A stretch of 64,000 bases of DNA, taken from positions 44,898,377 to 44,962,376 of the forward strand of contig NC_068993.1 of NCBI RefSeq assembly GCF_001194135.2, written 5' to 3'. Below are positions 40,445 through 54,455 of the stretch, in pieces; within the stretch, counting starts at the first letter, position 1; every line of letters starts with the position of its first letter. Origin of the DNA: Octopus bimaculoides (Eukaryota). Position numbers and translations under genes: made by a program. The notes beneath the pieces are model-generated. The model made no database searches, had not been told where the DNA came from, and saw nothing but the letters and a program-made list of their open reading frames with translations.

Positions 40445-42299
40445 GTACAGGAAGTGGTTAAACTCTGCATAAGGAGTAGACAATCACCATATACATTTGT
40501 ATGTCTATGGTGGGGTATATGTCTTTCTCATTGTTATGATATCTTGTGATAGTTGTAAAATGGTCGTCTCTGTCACACAAGCAGTGTCATTCATTTCCAA
40601 TATTCTGTGACAATATGTCTGGCCATGACGAAATGTTACCTTGCTTGGAAATTGGTGAGAATTAGTACCAGGAATAGCATCTGTCTGTAGAAAATCTATC
40701 TCACCAATTAATTCTGTCTGATCCATGCAAACATGGAGAAGAGGATGTTAAAATGATAAAAGTAATGATGATGATAATGATGATTATAACCCAGGTTGTT
40801 ATGTTTCTCTAAATTACATGTCTCTGTCAATGATTTGTTGCTGCTGTTTATCCCCTGTGTAGTACTGACTAGCCAGAGTTAATACCAAAGTCAACCATGT
40901 CTCCACACATACAGGCTTGTCCTTTCTGGTGCCGGTACCACATAAAATGTACCCTTGCCGGTGCTGCATAAACACACCTGTGCTGGTGTTGTGTAAATGA
41001 ACCCATGCCAGTGGCACATTAAAAGCACCCAGCATACTCTAAGTGGTTGGCATTAGGCTGGGCATCCAGCCATAGAAACCATGCCACAACAGACAGCTCC
41101 ATGTTAAACCATCCAACTCATGCCAGCATGACAAAGTGGACGTTAGATGACGATGATAATGATTCAAGCCAAAACTAAAATCATCCTTGTCTTTTTGGAC
41201 ATAGGCAAGGCTGTTTAATTAAAAGCTTGCTTTGTAATCTGTGGTTCTGGTATCGATCTCACTGTACAGTGACTCACTGAGTTTACCAATGCCATGGGAA
41301 TATAATGTAATAGATGAAAACTATAGAAATTCATTGTGTGTGTGTGTGTGTGTGTGTCTGTGAGAGTAAGGCATAATCTGAAGCATAATCAACATACTAC
41401 AGTGTATGACAAGGATGTACCTTTGAATTAACAAGTGAAATCCTTCAGGCAAGCCTCTGCACAGTTTCCATCTCCCCAGTTTTACTCACTAGGCTTGGAT
41501 CAATCCAAGGTAATGGTAAAAGTTATTTGCTCAAGATGCCTTACATGAGATTGAATCCAAGACCTCGTGATTGCGAAGCAAACTTCTGAGCTATTTAGCT
41601 ATGCTGCATCCACATTTCCCTGATAAGCTTACAAAAGAAAACACATATTTTCTTTTTTTATACTTTTCATAAAATCTGCTTTTATATGGGCATGCAAAAT
41701 CTTTTATCATTGTCAGTGATAACAAAGCTCCAAATTTATTTCCAGCCTTATCCACTAAACTATCACTGAATAAAGAAAGGGATTTTTATTGTAATGAAGT
41801 ATTAAAAAGAAATTCCCTGTGATTAGAAAAACCAAAAACAAAAAAGACCTTCTGATGTTTTGACACATCAAAATATTCATCAGTGTATTTTCATTTTCAT
41901 GTAGTTTGTTCAGCTGATAACTAAATCCAAAATAAATAACTTTTCTGTTCTCTGTTACTTGTCTTTCATTACTGCATCAGCATTCTATTATTTCTTATGT
42001 CTTTCCTTTTTTATTTAATCTTCATTTCACCTCTTTCATTGTTGAATGAACGATATTATTTTCCTTTTGGTCCTATGTGTGTGTGTGTGTGTGGGACCTT
42101 GGTGAAGTCTTTTCAAGGAATCATGTCTCAACAGAAAATAGTTTATAGGAACTGTTCAGTGAAGTAACAGCTCTGCCAGTGTTATTGTTGCTAATGAATA
42201 CTGATGTAGATGTCATATAAATATATCAATGGAATAGAGTGTGGGACCTTACGTGTTGAGAAAACTGACAATAAATGTTATTCTGTACAAGTGACAGTT

Positions 42300-42750
42300 T
42301 GTTGTATGTATTTTCAGTAGTGCCATCACTAGCAACAAGTGTATCTGGCTAAAAACAATAGCTCCATACCTTGTCACAAGAGCAACTAGTTATGAACAAT
42401 TGCACCATTGCTCAGAACAGTGATAACTGGATAACAATACTGACTCCATTACCACCAACGATAACATCTGACTAGAAACAATAGCACCATCCCTTACCAC
42501 AATTGCAACTGGTTATGAGCAATAACATCATTGCTAGCAACGATGATATCCGGATAGCAACAATAACATTATTGCTATGAAGCATTGCATCATTACTAGC
42601 AGCAATAGCACCATTGCTTCCAACCCTAACACTATCACTTAGAACAAGAATGGCTGGCTGCCAATAATGGCACCATGATTAGCAACAACAGTATCTAGCT
42701 ATCAACAGTAACTTCAACGTCAGTGACAATATCGTCACTAGAACTAAATA
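42300..42750. repeat. Cryptic degenerate minisatellite built from AACAATAGCACCATCACTAGC-like units
   Basis: Repeated ACAATAGCACCAT, CACTAGCAACA and AACTGGTTATGA variants; no open frame. Confidence 0.6.
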
Positions 42751-42947
42751 AAGCATACAGCTGTCTCTAGATTGTTCCATAATGATTGATTAGTTTCTCT
42801 TGTTTTGCCATACACCTGCTGAATGTGAGTTTCATTGAGTCCACTCAGCATCAATACCTATAGAGTCACTCATCAACAGAACCAACACAGTTGCTGATAC
42901 CATCAACACTGCCACCAATACTATCACCAACACCTATTGCCGCCACC

Positions 42948-42978
<31 letters not shown>

Positions 42979-42983
42979 CTCAG

Positions 42984-43149
42984 TAACACTCCACCACTCA
43001 CCTAACACTCCACCACTCACCTAACACTCCACCACTTACCTAACACTCCACCACTCACTAACGTTACACCCACCACCATCATCACCGTCACCACCCACTG
43101 ATAACACCACCATCTCCCGTCACCACCCACTGATAACACCACCATCTCC
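42984..43149. repeat. Two minisatellites: 19-bp x ~4 (42984-43058) and 32-bp x 2 (43086-43149)
   Basis: TAACACTCCACCACTCACC and CGTCACCACCCACTGATAACACCACCATCTCC units read directly. Confidence 0.9.
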
Positions 43150-44649
43150 CATCACCAACACCAAGACCCACTCCCACCTCCATTATCACCACCTACACAA
43201 CAGCTTAACTAACAAGTCAACCTGAAAGGCATCTGGTTACTCGACCAGTTAGAAATGGCAGCCAAATTACTATCTCCATGTATATCCTGTAGTTAATAAA
43301 GACATCTATCTTTTGCCCCTTCATGTGCATTGATCTTTAAAATTACCCTCTTATGTATCCTATAATTAGTTGAAGCACTGATTTATTTCCTCTCTTTCAT
43401 TTCCTTATATGGCAACATTGTTGATGAAATCAAAACAGTGTTTGTCTGTCCGTTCGTCTGTCCCTCTGTCTATCTGTTTGATATGTCTACATACATCTGT
43501 GATTGCCTATCTCTCTATCCTGTCTGTCTGTCCTTCCACCTGTCTTTTCATCAATCGATTCACCTGTCTGTTTCAGTGATACAATTATTGAAGAGACTTA
43601 GTAAAGGTGGTTGAGCTCCAGGTCAGTTTGATTGAGTAAGCAAATCAATGATTACAAACACTGACCCGCCACGCCCTCTCTCTCTTTCTCTCTCTCTCAT
43701 CCTGACTAAATATCCTGCCTATTTAGAACTGTCCAGGACTACATATAGGACTGACTAGGACTGCATTATCTCATGTGTCCTTGATGGTGGAGTTTGGTAT
43801 GAGGGAAATTTGGCAGCTGTTTCTAATAGGTCCAGTAAACATGTAGAAGTTCCTTATTGGTTCACATGTAATAATTGTTGTTGTTGTTTGTTGGTGATAT
43901 AGGATGCTGTTGGTGGTAGTGTTACTGGATTTGACGGATGGTTATGATAGTCATTGTTGATGTTATTTAACCTCAGAATAGTCCAGTGATCAAAGGCAAT
44001 CCAGCCACGACCATCCCGTCATTTTCTGTTTTTGTTTTTTCCATTTTCTTTAATCACGTTACTCATTGTATTCTTTTTCAAGACAAAATGATAACGTCTG
44101 ATTTGAAGGTGACTTGGTTCTTGTTTGTAGCTGGTCAAGCAGCTGCATATAGGCTCCTTCATTAGCTGGTGGAAGTGTTGGTGGCTGTGGGTGTTAATGG
44201 TGGAGGTGTTGTTGGATGTGCTAGGTGCAGTGGTGGTGGTGGTGGTGTTTGATGAATTTTCATTGGTAAATTCTGCTTGATATGAATTGGAGCCATGGGA
44301 AGTGATAGATTTAATATCCTTGATATGTTTATATATATATATATATGATATCCAGTATCCCAGTTTGGGATGATCATCATTTGATGTACATATTAAATTA
44401 TGTTCATGAAAACCTAATCTCTTTGTCTGTCCAGACCAGTTAATGAGAATTAAGTACAAGGTTTACCATCTTAATTAAAACTAATTTTCAGCCAGAGAAA
44501 TCCTCTTTAAAAATATTTACTCAGAGTTTAGTTGACATTCTTATTTGTCTAATGGTACTGCTCTATCTAATTATAATTTTATAACTCACTATATAAGTAA
44601 TTAATGCTGTTATTTTGAGATTACTATTACCATCATCATCATCATCACG

Positions 44650-45284
44650 AAGCAACCAAATATGGTCAATTAAATTAACTCCAGTATTTCATTGACACTT
44701 TATTTTTTTGATCCCAGAAAGAAGAAAGGTAAAGTCAGCTTTGGCAGGATTAGAACTCAGAACTAAATAAAACAAGGTATTTTGTCTGGTGTCCAGTGAC
44801 CTCAAAAATAAGAATGATAATAATAATAATCCTTTCTACTATAGGCACAAGGTCTGAAATTTGTGGGAGGGGACGAGTTGTTTCACTGGTTCTTAATTTA
44901 TCAACCCCGAAAGTATGAAAGGCAAAGTTGACCTTGGTGAAATTTGAACTCTGGGCATTTTACCTGGTGTGCTAATGATTCTACCAGCCCACTGCCTTAT
45001 AATAATAATAATAATAATAACAATAAGAAGAAGAAGAAGAAGAAGAAGAAGAATAACAACAACAATAATAATCCTTTCTACTATAGGCACAAGGCCTGAA
45101 ATTTTGGGGGAGAGGACTAGTCAATTATATCGACCCATGTGAACAACTGGTACTTATTTTATTGACCCTGAAAGGATGGTAGGCTAAATTGCCCTTGGTG
45201 GAATTTGAACTCAGAATGTAAAGATAGTTAAAATGCTGCTGAGCATTTTGCCTGGTGTGTAAATGATTCTGTCAGCCCATTACC

Positions 45285-45290
<6 letters not shown>
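44650..45290 (-). mobile_element. Cluster of about three family-A SINEs with (AAT)n/(AAG)n spacers
   Basis: AATAATCCTTTCTACTATAGGCACAAGG appears at ~44825 and ~45066, with family-A central blocks. Confidence 0.8.
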
Positions 45291-45331
<41 letters not shown>

Positions 45332-45924
45332 GGTGGTGATGATGATTATGATCATCAACATCAACATTCACCTTCCATGCTGGCATGGGCTGGATGGTTT
45401 GAAAGTAGCTGGCATGTCAGAAGGCTGCACCATGCTCTATTGTCTGGTTTGGCATGGTTCCTATAGTTGGATGCCCTACCTAATGCCAACCACTTTTCAC
45501 AGTATACTGGGTGCTTTTTACATGACTCCAATAGCAGTGAGGTCACCAGTGAGGTTAGAGTATGAATAGAGCGATAAAAATAGGTGTCTTACAGTAATAG
45601 AGATACACGGCCACCTCAGTAAGAGAGGGAAAGAAAAGAGAGAGAGAGGGGAGAGGAGATGGTGAAGATGTGATGGTTGGTGGTGGGGCACACTCAAGTT
45701 ACTGAGAGGTGTGTATAAGTGGAATCAAAGACAGGACAGGGTGGTGGCAGCAGTTTCTACTATAGGTCCCGAGACCTGAAATCTTGTGAAGAACGGACTT
45801 GACTGATACTTCATTTTATTAACCCCGAAAGTCGATCTCAGTGACATAAATGGTGAAATTCAAGTGTTCTGTTCTGATTATATTTTTAAGACCTATCCTC
45901 CACAGCAGACGTGTTAAGGCCACA

Positions 45925-46180
45925 TTCTCTGGTGAAAAGGACTGGCCTGCAAGAATCCTGTACTGGTGCCACATAAAAAGCACTTGTGCCAGTGCCAGGT
46001 AAAAGTGCTTGCACAACCAGCACACAGCGTAAGGACATCCAGCTGTAGAAACCAAGCCAAATGAGACTGGAACCCAGTGTAGCTCTCTGGCTTGCCAGCT
46101 CTGGCAAACCGTCCAACCCATGCCAGCATGGAAAATGGCAGTTATAGGATGCTGCTGCTGATGATGATGATGATGATGAT
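45925..46180 (+). mobile_element. Family-C SINE (GGCATCCAGC.GTAGAAAC...CATGCCAGCATGGAAAA plus (GAT)n tail, RTE-like 3' end)
   Basis: The same body recurs near 494, 16965, 24955, 33035, 33820, 34190, 40920, 45355 and 55850 in both orientations. Confidence 0.82.
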
Positions 46181-46744
46181 CACCATCAGTTTCCCTTCTT
46201 TGCTATCATCTTCCTCTTCATTTCCTTCTCTCTACCCATCGTTGCTACCACCACCCACCCTTTTCATCACCATAAACCAATTTTTTTATCACTGTCACCA
46301 CTTTCTTCACTGCCACCCTCTTCATCACCATCACCATCCTCCTCAACTCCAACGCCATCTACTTCATTGCCATCATCATGCTTTTCATTACCGTTACCAT
46401 TCTCTTCATCAGCATCACCGTTTTCTGTATCATCATCATCATCATTGCCATTTTCGTCTCCATCGCCACCTTCTTTGTCATCTCCATCTTCTTTTGTCAA
46501 TCTTTTCTTCTTTGGGTTTGTCGTGTTCTTCAACATCATGAACGATGTCAAATTGTATCCATTTCACATCTCACCAAAGAATGCAGAGACCTGAAACCAG
46601 TATGTGTGTGTGTACGTGCATGTTTCACGGTGCCCTGGAATACGTTCACGATAATATTGATTTTATTTCTGCTGGTGACAGCTTTCTGAAATGCCATGTT
46701 CCGCCTCCAGGTTCTTCATCTTTCCTCCTCACTCTCTTTTCACT

Positions 46745-46802
<58 letters not shown>

Positions 46803-47097
46803 AACAGTCAAGTTCATTATTTGCTATTCAATATATTGATCACATAAGTAATAAGTATTTCAAATATAAATATTTCAAAAAATCCCTGTATTTAATTCTG
46901 TGATCTACCTTGAAATTAATATTTCAATTTTTGATTTTTTTCCCCCCAGTAGTAGTAGTAGTAGTAGTGGTGGTGGTGGTAATGGTATTATTTGTTGTTA
47001 GGGTAGTAGTAGTAGTAATAGTAGTAGAAGTAGTTCTAATAGTTGCAGTAAGTAAAGCAATAGTAATGATTTCTTACATTACCACAAGGTTTTAAGT

Positions 47098-47130
<33 letters not shown>

Positions 47131-47369
47131 TTGATTGAAACAACCTTAATGTATGACTGGTACTTATTTGATGACCATCTCTTCAGAGATCATATAAGAT
47201 ATATACAGAAAAGATGAAGTATTTCAAAACTGAACTTCACGGGATGAAAAATGAAATACTGTTAGTCATTTAGCTAAGCACCCAACCATTCAGTATATTC
47301 TGTATTATGGAAATTTGTAACATTAGAATAGGATGACATGTGTAAGAAAAAAAAGGGGGCAAATTTCAA

Positions 47370-47881
47370 GTTTCTAAGCTTGTTCTGTGGCAAAAGATAT
47401 GCAGTGGTCAGAGCTGAAAGAATTGAGGAAAGACACCTTCTTCCTTGGTCAAAAACTCTCAAAGTTCTACTTGGAAAGAAAAGCGAAGGTAGAGAGGGAA
47501 GTGCTTTTTCTCTCAGTGGATTTGTCAAAAAGTAGGTGACTGTTGTAAAAATGGTTAGTGGGGAAAGAACCTACTCTAAGCATGTACCAGCAGATTGAAG
47601 AACAACAGCTAGGTGAGAGCTTGTGCCCCTTAGTGGTCAGGGTGATCCTGGATCTGTGGGGTTCTTTGATTGGTCCTAGTTGGAGTTCTCTGTATCAGGA
47701 AGACTGCATCATAGATGCATTCACATATTTTGTATGCTACATATATTTTTTTTTTCATGCCACCCTCTTCTCTGTTTTTTTTTCCATTTTGTGTTACTCC
47801 CCACAAATCGTGAAGTGTTCTTGTAATTTCCTCCTTATCTGATACCCATGTGGCGAATAAAAGAAATCATCATCATCATCA
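47370..47881 (+). mobile_element. 3' fragment of a non-LTR retrotransposon (L1/Tx1-like), degraded
   Basis: Broken frame KDTFFLGQKLSKFYLERKAKVEREVLFLS/GFVKK*VTVVKMVS, then a T-rich 3' region, AATAAA at 47856-47861 and an (ATC)n tail. Clade assignment is from memory. Confidence 0.5.
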
Positions 47882-49717
47882 TTGCTATGAGCAGTGGATT
47901 GTCAGATTCATTTGTGTCAGAAGAAATGATCCGTGATAATTGCTCCTTCTCTTTACATTCCAAGTTCAAATCCTGCTGAGGTCAACTTTCATCTCTCTGG
48001 ATATGGTGGGGTGTTGATGAAATAAAGTACCTGTCAAATACTGAGATGTGGTGGTGGTGGAGGCAATTCTCATGACTTATCCCTGTCCCTTAATTGCTGC
48101 TTTTGTGTCTAAACTGGAAACATTTATTTATTGCTTGGGTGGTGGAAGAGCAGAAATGGCTTAACATTGCTGGCTTTACACTGCGTAATATCTAGTTACA
48201 TATCATGTTCTGATTTGAGATTCTACTGGTGTTAAATTTGCTTTTCATTCTCCCAGGGCTGGATAAATAAGTGTCAGTCATATGCAGGACTTACTTCAAC
48301 CATCAACATACTCTTTCTTCCAAATTTGTGTCCATGTACCAAAGTAAGAAACCATTTATAAAGAAGTGGGAAAGAAATGGTAGGATGTTAGATATAATGG
48401 TTTCAAATTTTGGCATGAGGCTAGCAGTTTTAGGATAGAGGATAAGTTGATTACATCCACTCCAGTGCTCAACTGCTACTTATTTTATTGACCCTATAAG
48501 GATGAAAAACAAAAAGTCAACCTTGGTAGAATTTGAACTCGGAATGCAATGAGTGAGAAGAAATGCTGCCAAGCATTTTGTTTGACGTGCTAATGATTCA
48601 GGCAGTATTTAATTAATCCCTTTATGTTCTGAGTTTAAAATCTGTTGAGGCCAGCTTTGACTTTGATCTTTCCAAGAGTGGGATCGATAAAATAAGTACT
48701 GTTCAATTAATGAGATTGATTAAATTGACTACATCATCCTCTAAAAATGTATGATCATTGTTATTGATTGTTTTTATTGAGAGAAACAGTGGAGATCAAA
48801 GTAAAATCTGAAACAGCATTAAGTTCTCCTTCTTTATGTTAATTGCTCAACTTCTGGGGAATTTGCCCTTCAAGGCTAAATAAAATAAGTTGCCAGGTGC
48901 ATAGCAGCTAAAACTCTCCCTCATTAAAATGAAGGATTACATTGGATTGTATAGTGTTAGGTACATTATGTGTCAATGAAAGATGTTTAGGCTATGGCTT
49001 AAAGGGCCAATAATCTTAGGTCTGCTTGATAAGACTTTATCCAAAGTGAAACAGTAAAAACAACATAAAATTAATTATGATTATATGCCTCTCTTTCCCT
49101 ACAAACTTATGGTCATGTCCTTAATATGATTAATGTATTGTTATTGATCTTTTAAATGGTAATGCCATTTTTTTAATTGTTGTTGTTACATTTGCATGAA
49201 TATTGCCAGTGTTACTCTTCGTTTTATTGATCTCTCTTTCTCTATGTGTTTTTTTTGTTAACTGAATAATTGTCCATTATATCATTACTAATAGTTTCAG
49301 CATGATTTGCTTGGGTTACAAGTTCATAGTTTACAAGGAACATTTATTTAAAAAAGGAGATCACTCTAACTTTAATTGCTTCTTATTTAGGCAAAAAGCC
49401 AACAATTTTGAAGGGAGAGGGAAAATTGATAACATCAGCCCTTGCACTTGCTCAATAACTTTATCAACTCCAAATGATGAAAGGCAAAATTCACCTCAGC
49501 AAGATGTGAACGCAGAATGTAAAGGGGTGAACAAATAATACAGGGCATTTTTTCCAATGTTCTAATGATTCTTTTGGCTTGCCACCCTTCTAACTTTATT
49601 AATAAAATATAAAACACAAAATATTATTTAAACATGAAAGAAATTAAAAATTTAAACTGCAAGAAAAAAAGGAAACAAATATGTCTAATTGGGATTTCAT
49701 TTTCACTTTATAAGAAT

Positions 49718-49950
49718 AACCTTTAATTGGTTTTACTATTTAAATCAGCCATATCCAGCCCAAATATTCACCTGTTTTATATTTGAAATGGCCAGATTTG
49801 ACCACTCGTACCTAACCTACAATGTTGTTCTAAAAATAAAGTCACATTATCGAAATCTCAAAGTTACAAGATATTAATATAATTAATTCAAAACAATATG
49901 AATAAATAAGCATTACATTTGACAGAGTAATCTGAATGCTAAATGGTTAA
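49718..49950 (-). mobile_element. piggyBac-like MITE family 1, left end decayed
   Basis: Ends GTAATCTGAATGCTAAATGG|TTAA; interior matches 16445-16668. Confidence 0.72.
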
Positions 49951-50144
49951 GGTTTACATGTCAACACTTAAGTAAAGAAACAAGGTCATTTTAATTCTGT
50001 TACTTGCCATGCATCGAATAGGATATTAATAGAAAATAAAGAATTAAAATGAAAAGCAACTGCTTATTATTCTACTAATATTTCATGTGACCATTCTTGG
50101 TATATCACTAAGAATCGTGGGCTTTATCAAAATGATAAAGAGTA

Positions 50145-50329
50145 CTGTATTTGATGGCATACAAGATGTACCCCAAATTCAGGTGTGCATATTCTACAGG
50201 AAAATAAGTTTTTAATGCACTAAAGCATGTAATATGGGGTCACCTTTGCATATAGGACCTTGAGTGATTTTTTTGGGGAAACTTTTTTTTTTTGGTGATA
50301 GGATGTGTCTCATATACCATCAAATATGC
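50145..50329. mobile_element. Tc2/pogo-like MITE with TA target duplication
   Basis: TA|CTGTATTTGATGGCATA ... TATACCATCAAATATGC|TA imperfect TIRs, about 185 bp. Confidence 0.6.
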
Positions 50330-51609
50330 TATAATATTATTCTTGAAAAACCCCATATGTGTTGATAGTTTTGTCTCTAATTTTCATCGTTATGTTTCAA
50401 ATGCATAAACAAATTTCTTATGATGAAGTCATCTTTTAAACTGACACAGTCATGCCTATATGATAAGGGTTATTAATATGTGACAGTAAAGGGGGTAAGC
50501 TGGCAGAATCATTAGCATGCTGGGCAAAATTCCGAGCAACATATAACCCATCTTTACATTTTGAGTTCAAATTCTAACAAGGTCACCTTTGCTTTTCATT
50601 CTTTTGGGGTTGATAAGATAAATACCAATTGAGTACTGGAGTCATTTTAATCAACTTAGCCCTTCCCTCGAAATTGCTGGCCTTGTGCCAAAATTTGAAA
50701 CCAGTATATGTGACAGTAGCTCCCATACACAACTGATACTATCCTAACAGCTTCCATTGACTAGATACACTCATCCCCTTGACAATTACTTTTCCATGCT
50801 CTTTTTTTTTTGTTTTTGTTTTTTTGGTGTGTGTGTTCAGATGATTTAGACTTTACATTATTTTCTTATTGTTGAAGATTGTATAATAGTATTGGTTAGA
50901 TTCCTTAATGTTCATTGAGTCGTTTATTTCATGCGAATGTGTATCACAGATTTTTATTATATTTATATTTGAGGAAGAAATGGGTTCTTAAAAAATGGTT
51001 GAAGGTTTTTTTGTCTGCGTGTGTACATAAATTAATAGAAAATGGTTGGTTACGCCATAAGGTCCTTTTACTATGGTTTACCCTATTAGTTTGTGTGAGA
51101 TTGTAGTTTTACGGTTTCTTCACAAAATCTCTAGATTTCTGTGCATTACTGTAGATATTCACTACTCTGTAATATAAAGAATTTTATACAAGTTGATTCA
51201 GTAGTCTCTTGAGCATTTAAATAATGTATAAAATTTATATTTTGTATTTTGTTACAAATTACAGTTTTGTTTCTCTATATTTTTAATACTATATTTACTG
51301 TTTTCTTGTGAACACTATTTGATCTTTTATATACATATTGTCTAGACATCACATGATGGTTGTAAATAAGCATCATTGTATGATAAATAGAAGTGAGGTT
51401 TCTGTGAAAGTCATGTCAAGCTATCTAGCTACGGGAAAATATTACCTTGCTTGGAAACAGGTGAGTGTTGTTGACAGAAAGGGCATCCAGACATACAAAA
51501 CCTGCCTAAACAAATGCCATCTGACCCATGCTAGCATTAGAAAAATGGATGTTAAAAATGATGATGAACACACACACATATATATATTTAAAAAGATATT
51601 CACAAAATC

Positions 51610-51644
<35 letters not shown>

Positions 51645-51755
51645 GTATATATATATTTATGTATATCCATATCGAAATTTAGGGAATGGAGCAGGTAAAA
51701 TCCAGGCTTACTAACTTCGTACACCTGAATCCTTGGATCTTACCTTTACAATATA

Positions 51756-51811
<56 letters not shown>

Positions 51812-53037
51812 GGGAAAGAGATGGGCATGGCTGTCTGGTCTGGAAATTCATTTTGCAAGCACATGGGTTTGATTCCACTCTGTAGCATCTTGGGCAAGCT
51901 TCTTCTGCTATAACCTTAGGTTCGTCAAAACTTCTAAGTGAAGTTTGGTAAATGGAAACTATACAGAAGCCCATTGTGTGTGCATATGTACACATGTGCA
52001 TCCATGACACCACATGGGCTGCTGTGATGTTTATGCTCTCTCCAGCAACTTTGCAATTTAAAGTGTAAAACTCTAGAATAAACTATTTCCTTAAAAGCAA
52101 ATAACAGTTGGCATCAGAAAGGATCTCCAGCTTTTATTTATTACTTCAAAAAGTCTTGTTCAACCCATGCCAGCATGGAAAAGCAGTAGTAAAGACAGTG
52201 GTGGTGGCAGTGGTGGCGGTGATGATGATGATGATGACGACGATGATGAGGGTGGTTGTTGTGATTGTATACACATTTGTAAGGGAATCTGTGTGTATGA
52301 ATTAAATATATGTGTTCAAGTAACCATAGTAACTGTTGAAACTGGTACCAAATGCGCAGTAATTGCATTTCAAATGAAAACCAGAGTAAATTCTAAGTAC
52401 TTTCTTGTTATAATGTTTATTTAAGTTGGTGCTGATTGAATTATATAAGATAGACTGAAATACCTCTTTTGAAATATATAATTCAATTTCTTCTTGTCTT
52501 TTCCCCCTTCTCCTTGCCAGCTTTTTCTTCTTTTCTCTTCCTCATCATTGAAAGATATAAACCACTCTCTTGTTGTTGTTGCTGCAGCTGCTCCTCTTCT
52601 TCTTCTTCTTCTTCTTCTTCTTCTTCTTCTTCTTCTATTTGCCATCTTTTAAAAGCTAACAGTAGCTCATTAAATATTCTCTGAGTCTTTCTTTCTCTCT
52701 CTCTCTCACACACATATGTGTATATCTTTCAATTTTTTAGTTTGTTTGAGCCATTATGACCAAGGCCATGCTAGAGCACACTCACACATACAATTAGATA
52801 CATATCCTTCAGCATGTGTGTCTGTGTGTGCATGCGTGTTTGTACATGCGTACATAGGAGACAAAGAAGCCTGTCAAATTTACCTATTTCTCTGTCAATT
52901 GAAGAAAAAAATTTAATTATAAATAATGGAAAGCCTTAGAATTATGTCCATCACTTGACCAATCCCAGAGAAAGAAGTAACCATTCTCTTGTTTGTGTAC
53001 ACAACAAATCTAATAGCTTCAGAGAACGATGTGTATT

Positions 53038-53083
<46 letters not shown>

Positions 53084-53333
53084 CAGTAATGCCTCAATAT
53101 ACGAGTTAATTCATTCATGGAGAATGATCATAAAGTGAAAACTCATAAGCAGAAACTAAAACTTGTAAAAACTCATAAACCCAGGGTCTCATAAAGCAGG
53201 TCCTTGTAAAGTGGGGTATTACTGTATGTGTGTATATGTGTATATTTATATATATATACATATGTACATGTGAGAGAGAGAGAGAGAGAGAGAGAAATAG
53301 AGAGTGTGTTCTATTCACTTCAATCTGTGCAAT

Positions 53334-53878
53334 NNNNNNNNNNNNNNNNNNNNNNNNNNNNNNNNNNNNNNNNNNNNNNNNNNNNNNNNNNNNNNNNNNN
53401 NNNNNNNNNNNNNNNNNNNNNNNNNNNNNNNNNNNNNNNNNNNNNNNNNNNNNNNNNNNNNNNNNNNNNNNNNNNNNNNNNNNNNNNNNNNNNNNNNNNN
53501 NNNNNNNNNNNNNNNNNNNNNNNNNNNNNNNNNNNNNNNNNNNNNNNNNNNNNNNNNNNNNNNNNNNNNNNNNNNNNNNNNNNNNNNNNNNNNNNNNNNN
53601 NNNNNNNNNNNNNNNNNNNNNNNNNNNNNNNNNNNNNNNNNNNNNNNNNNNNNNNNNNNNNNNNNNNNNNNNNNNNNNNNNNNNNNNNNNNNNNNNNNNN
53701 NNNNNNNNNNNNNNNNNNNNNNNNNNNNNNNNNNNNNNNNNNNNNNNNNNNNNNNNNNNNNNNNNNNNNNNNNNNNNNNNNNNNNNNNNNNNNNNNNNNN
53801 NNNNNNNNNNNNNNNNNNNNNNNNNNNNNNNNNNNNNNNNNNNNNNNNNNNNNNNNNNNNNNNNNNNNNNNNNNNNNN
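53334..53878. other. Assembly gap (545 N); other gaps at 6655-6664, 9272-9450, 14538-14547, 27792-27875 and 38710-38771
   Basis: Runs of N, mostly adjacent to microsatellites or SINEs. Confidence 0.99.
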
Positions 53879-54226
53879 TTTGAGTCTGTTAACTACAATT
53901 TCAAATAAAATTGGTTGTTTTAAAACTGTTTTTCTTCTGAGTCATTCAACCTTTATCTTACACTGTAATATTATGAACATGTACTGCGAGTGTTCAATCT
54001 TATTTAAATCTTTTATTTTATTTTCAATCTTTTATTTTAATTTATTAAAAGAAAGTGTTTATATTAGTCGTGTTTTTTTTTTTTTACATTTTATATATAT
54101 TTTTGGATTTTTTTCCTTTTTGGGATGGTGGGGGAATGAAAGCTGTAAGAATTCTGACTGGATGAGTAAACAGCATGTTAGGTAGAGTAGTCAATCGAAA
54201 GTGTTGTCAGCTCTGTCTACCTGGCT

Positions 54227-54455
54227 TTAATCCTTTAGCAGTCAGGTTATCCTGTCAAGCATAATGTTTATTTATTCAAATTGGTTTAAATTAATCATGC
54301 ATTATTATCTCACTGTTTCTAGATTTCAATGATGTGATTGTATATTTTCAGAATGATATTGTATGGTAGATGTGATAGGCCAAATTTGGGTCAGTTTGAA
54401 CATAAAGCATGTTGAATATTTAGGTCAGATATGGCCAGTTTAAATGCTAGAGAAT
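54227..54455 (+). mobile_element. piggyBac-like MITE family 1, older diverged copy
   Basis: TTAA|TCCTTTAGCA start; GATATGGCCAGTTTAAATGCTAG end. Confidence 0.65.

Noticed and set aside
42984-43149. Regular short repeats that could suggest a CRISPR array
   Set aside because: Units are contiguous with no unique spacers, the context is eukaryotic, and there are no cas genes.
50870-51330. T/G-rich unique stretch with RLFHAN, reminiscent of cytochrome b (possible NUMT)
   Set aside because: Similarity stops after HAN, and an in-frame TAA lies just upstream even under the mitochondrial code. BLASTn against the mitogenome would settle it.
53228-54185. 200-290-aa ORFs in the track
   Set aside because: They are poly-X read-throughs of the 545-N assembly gap.
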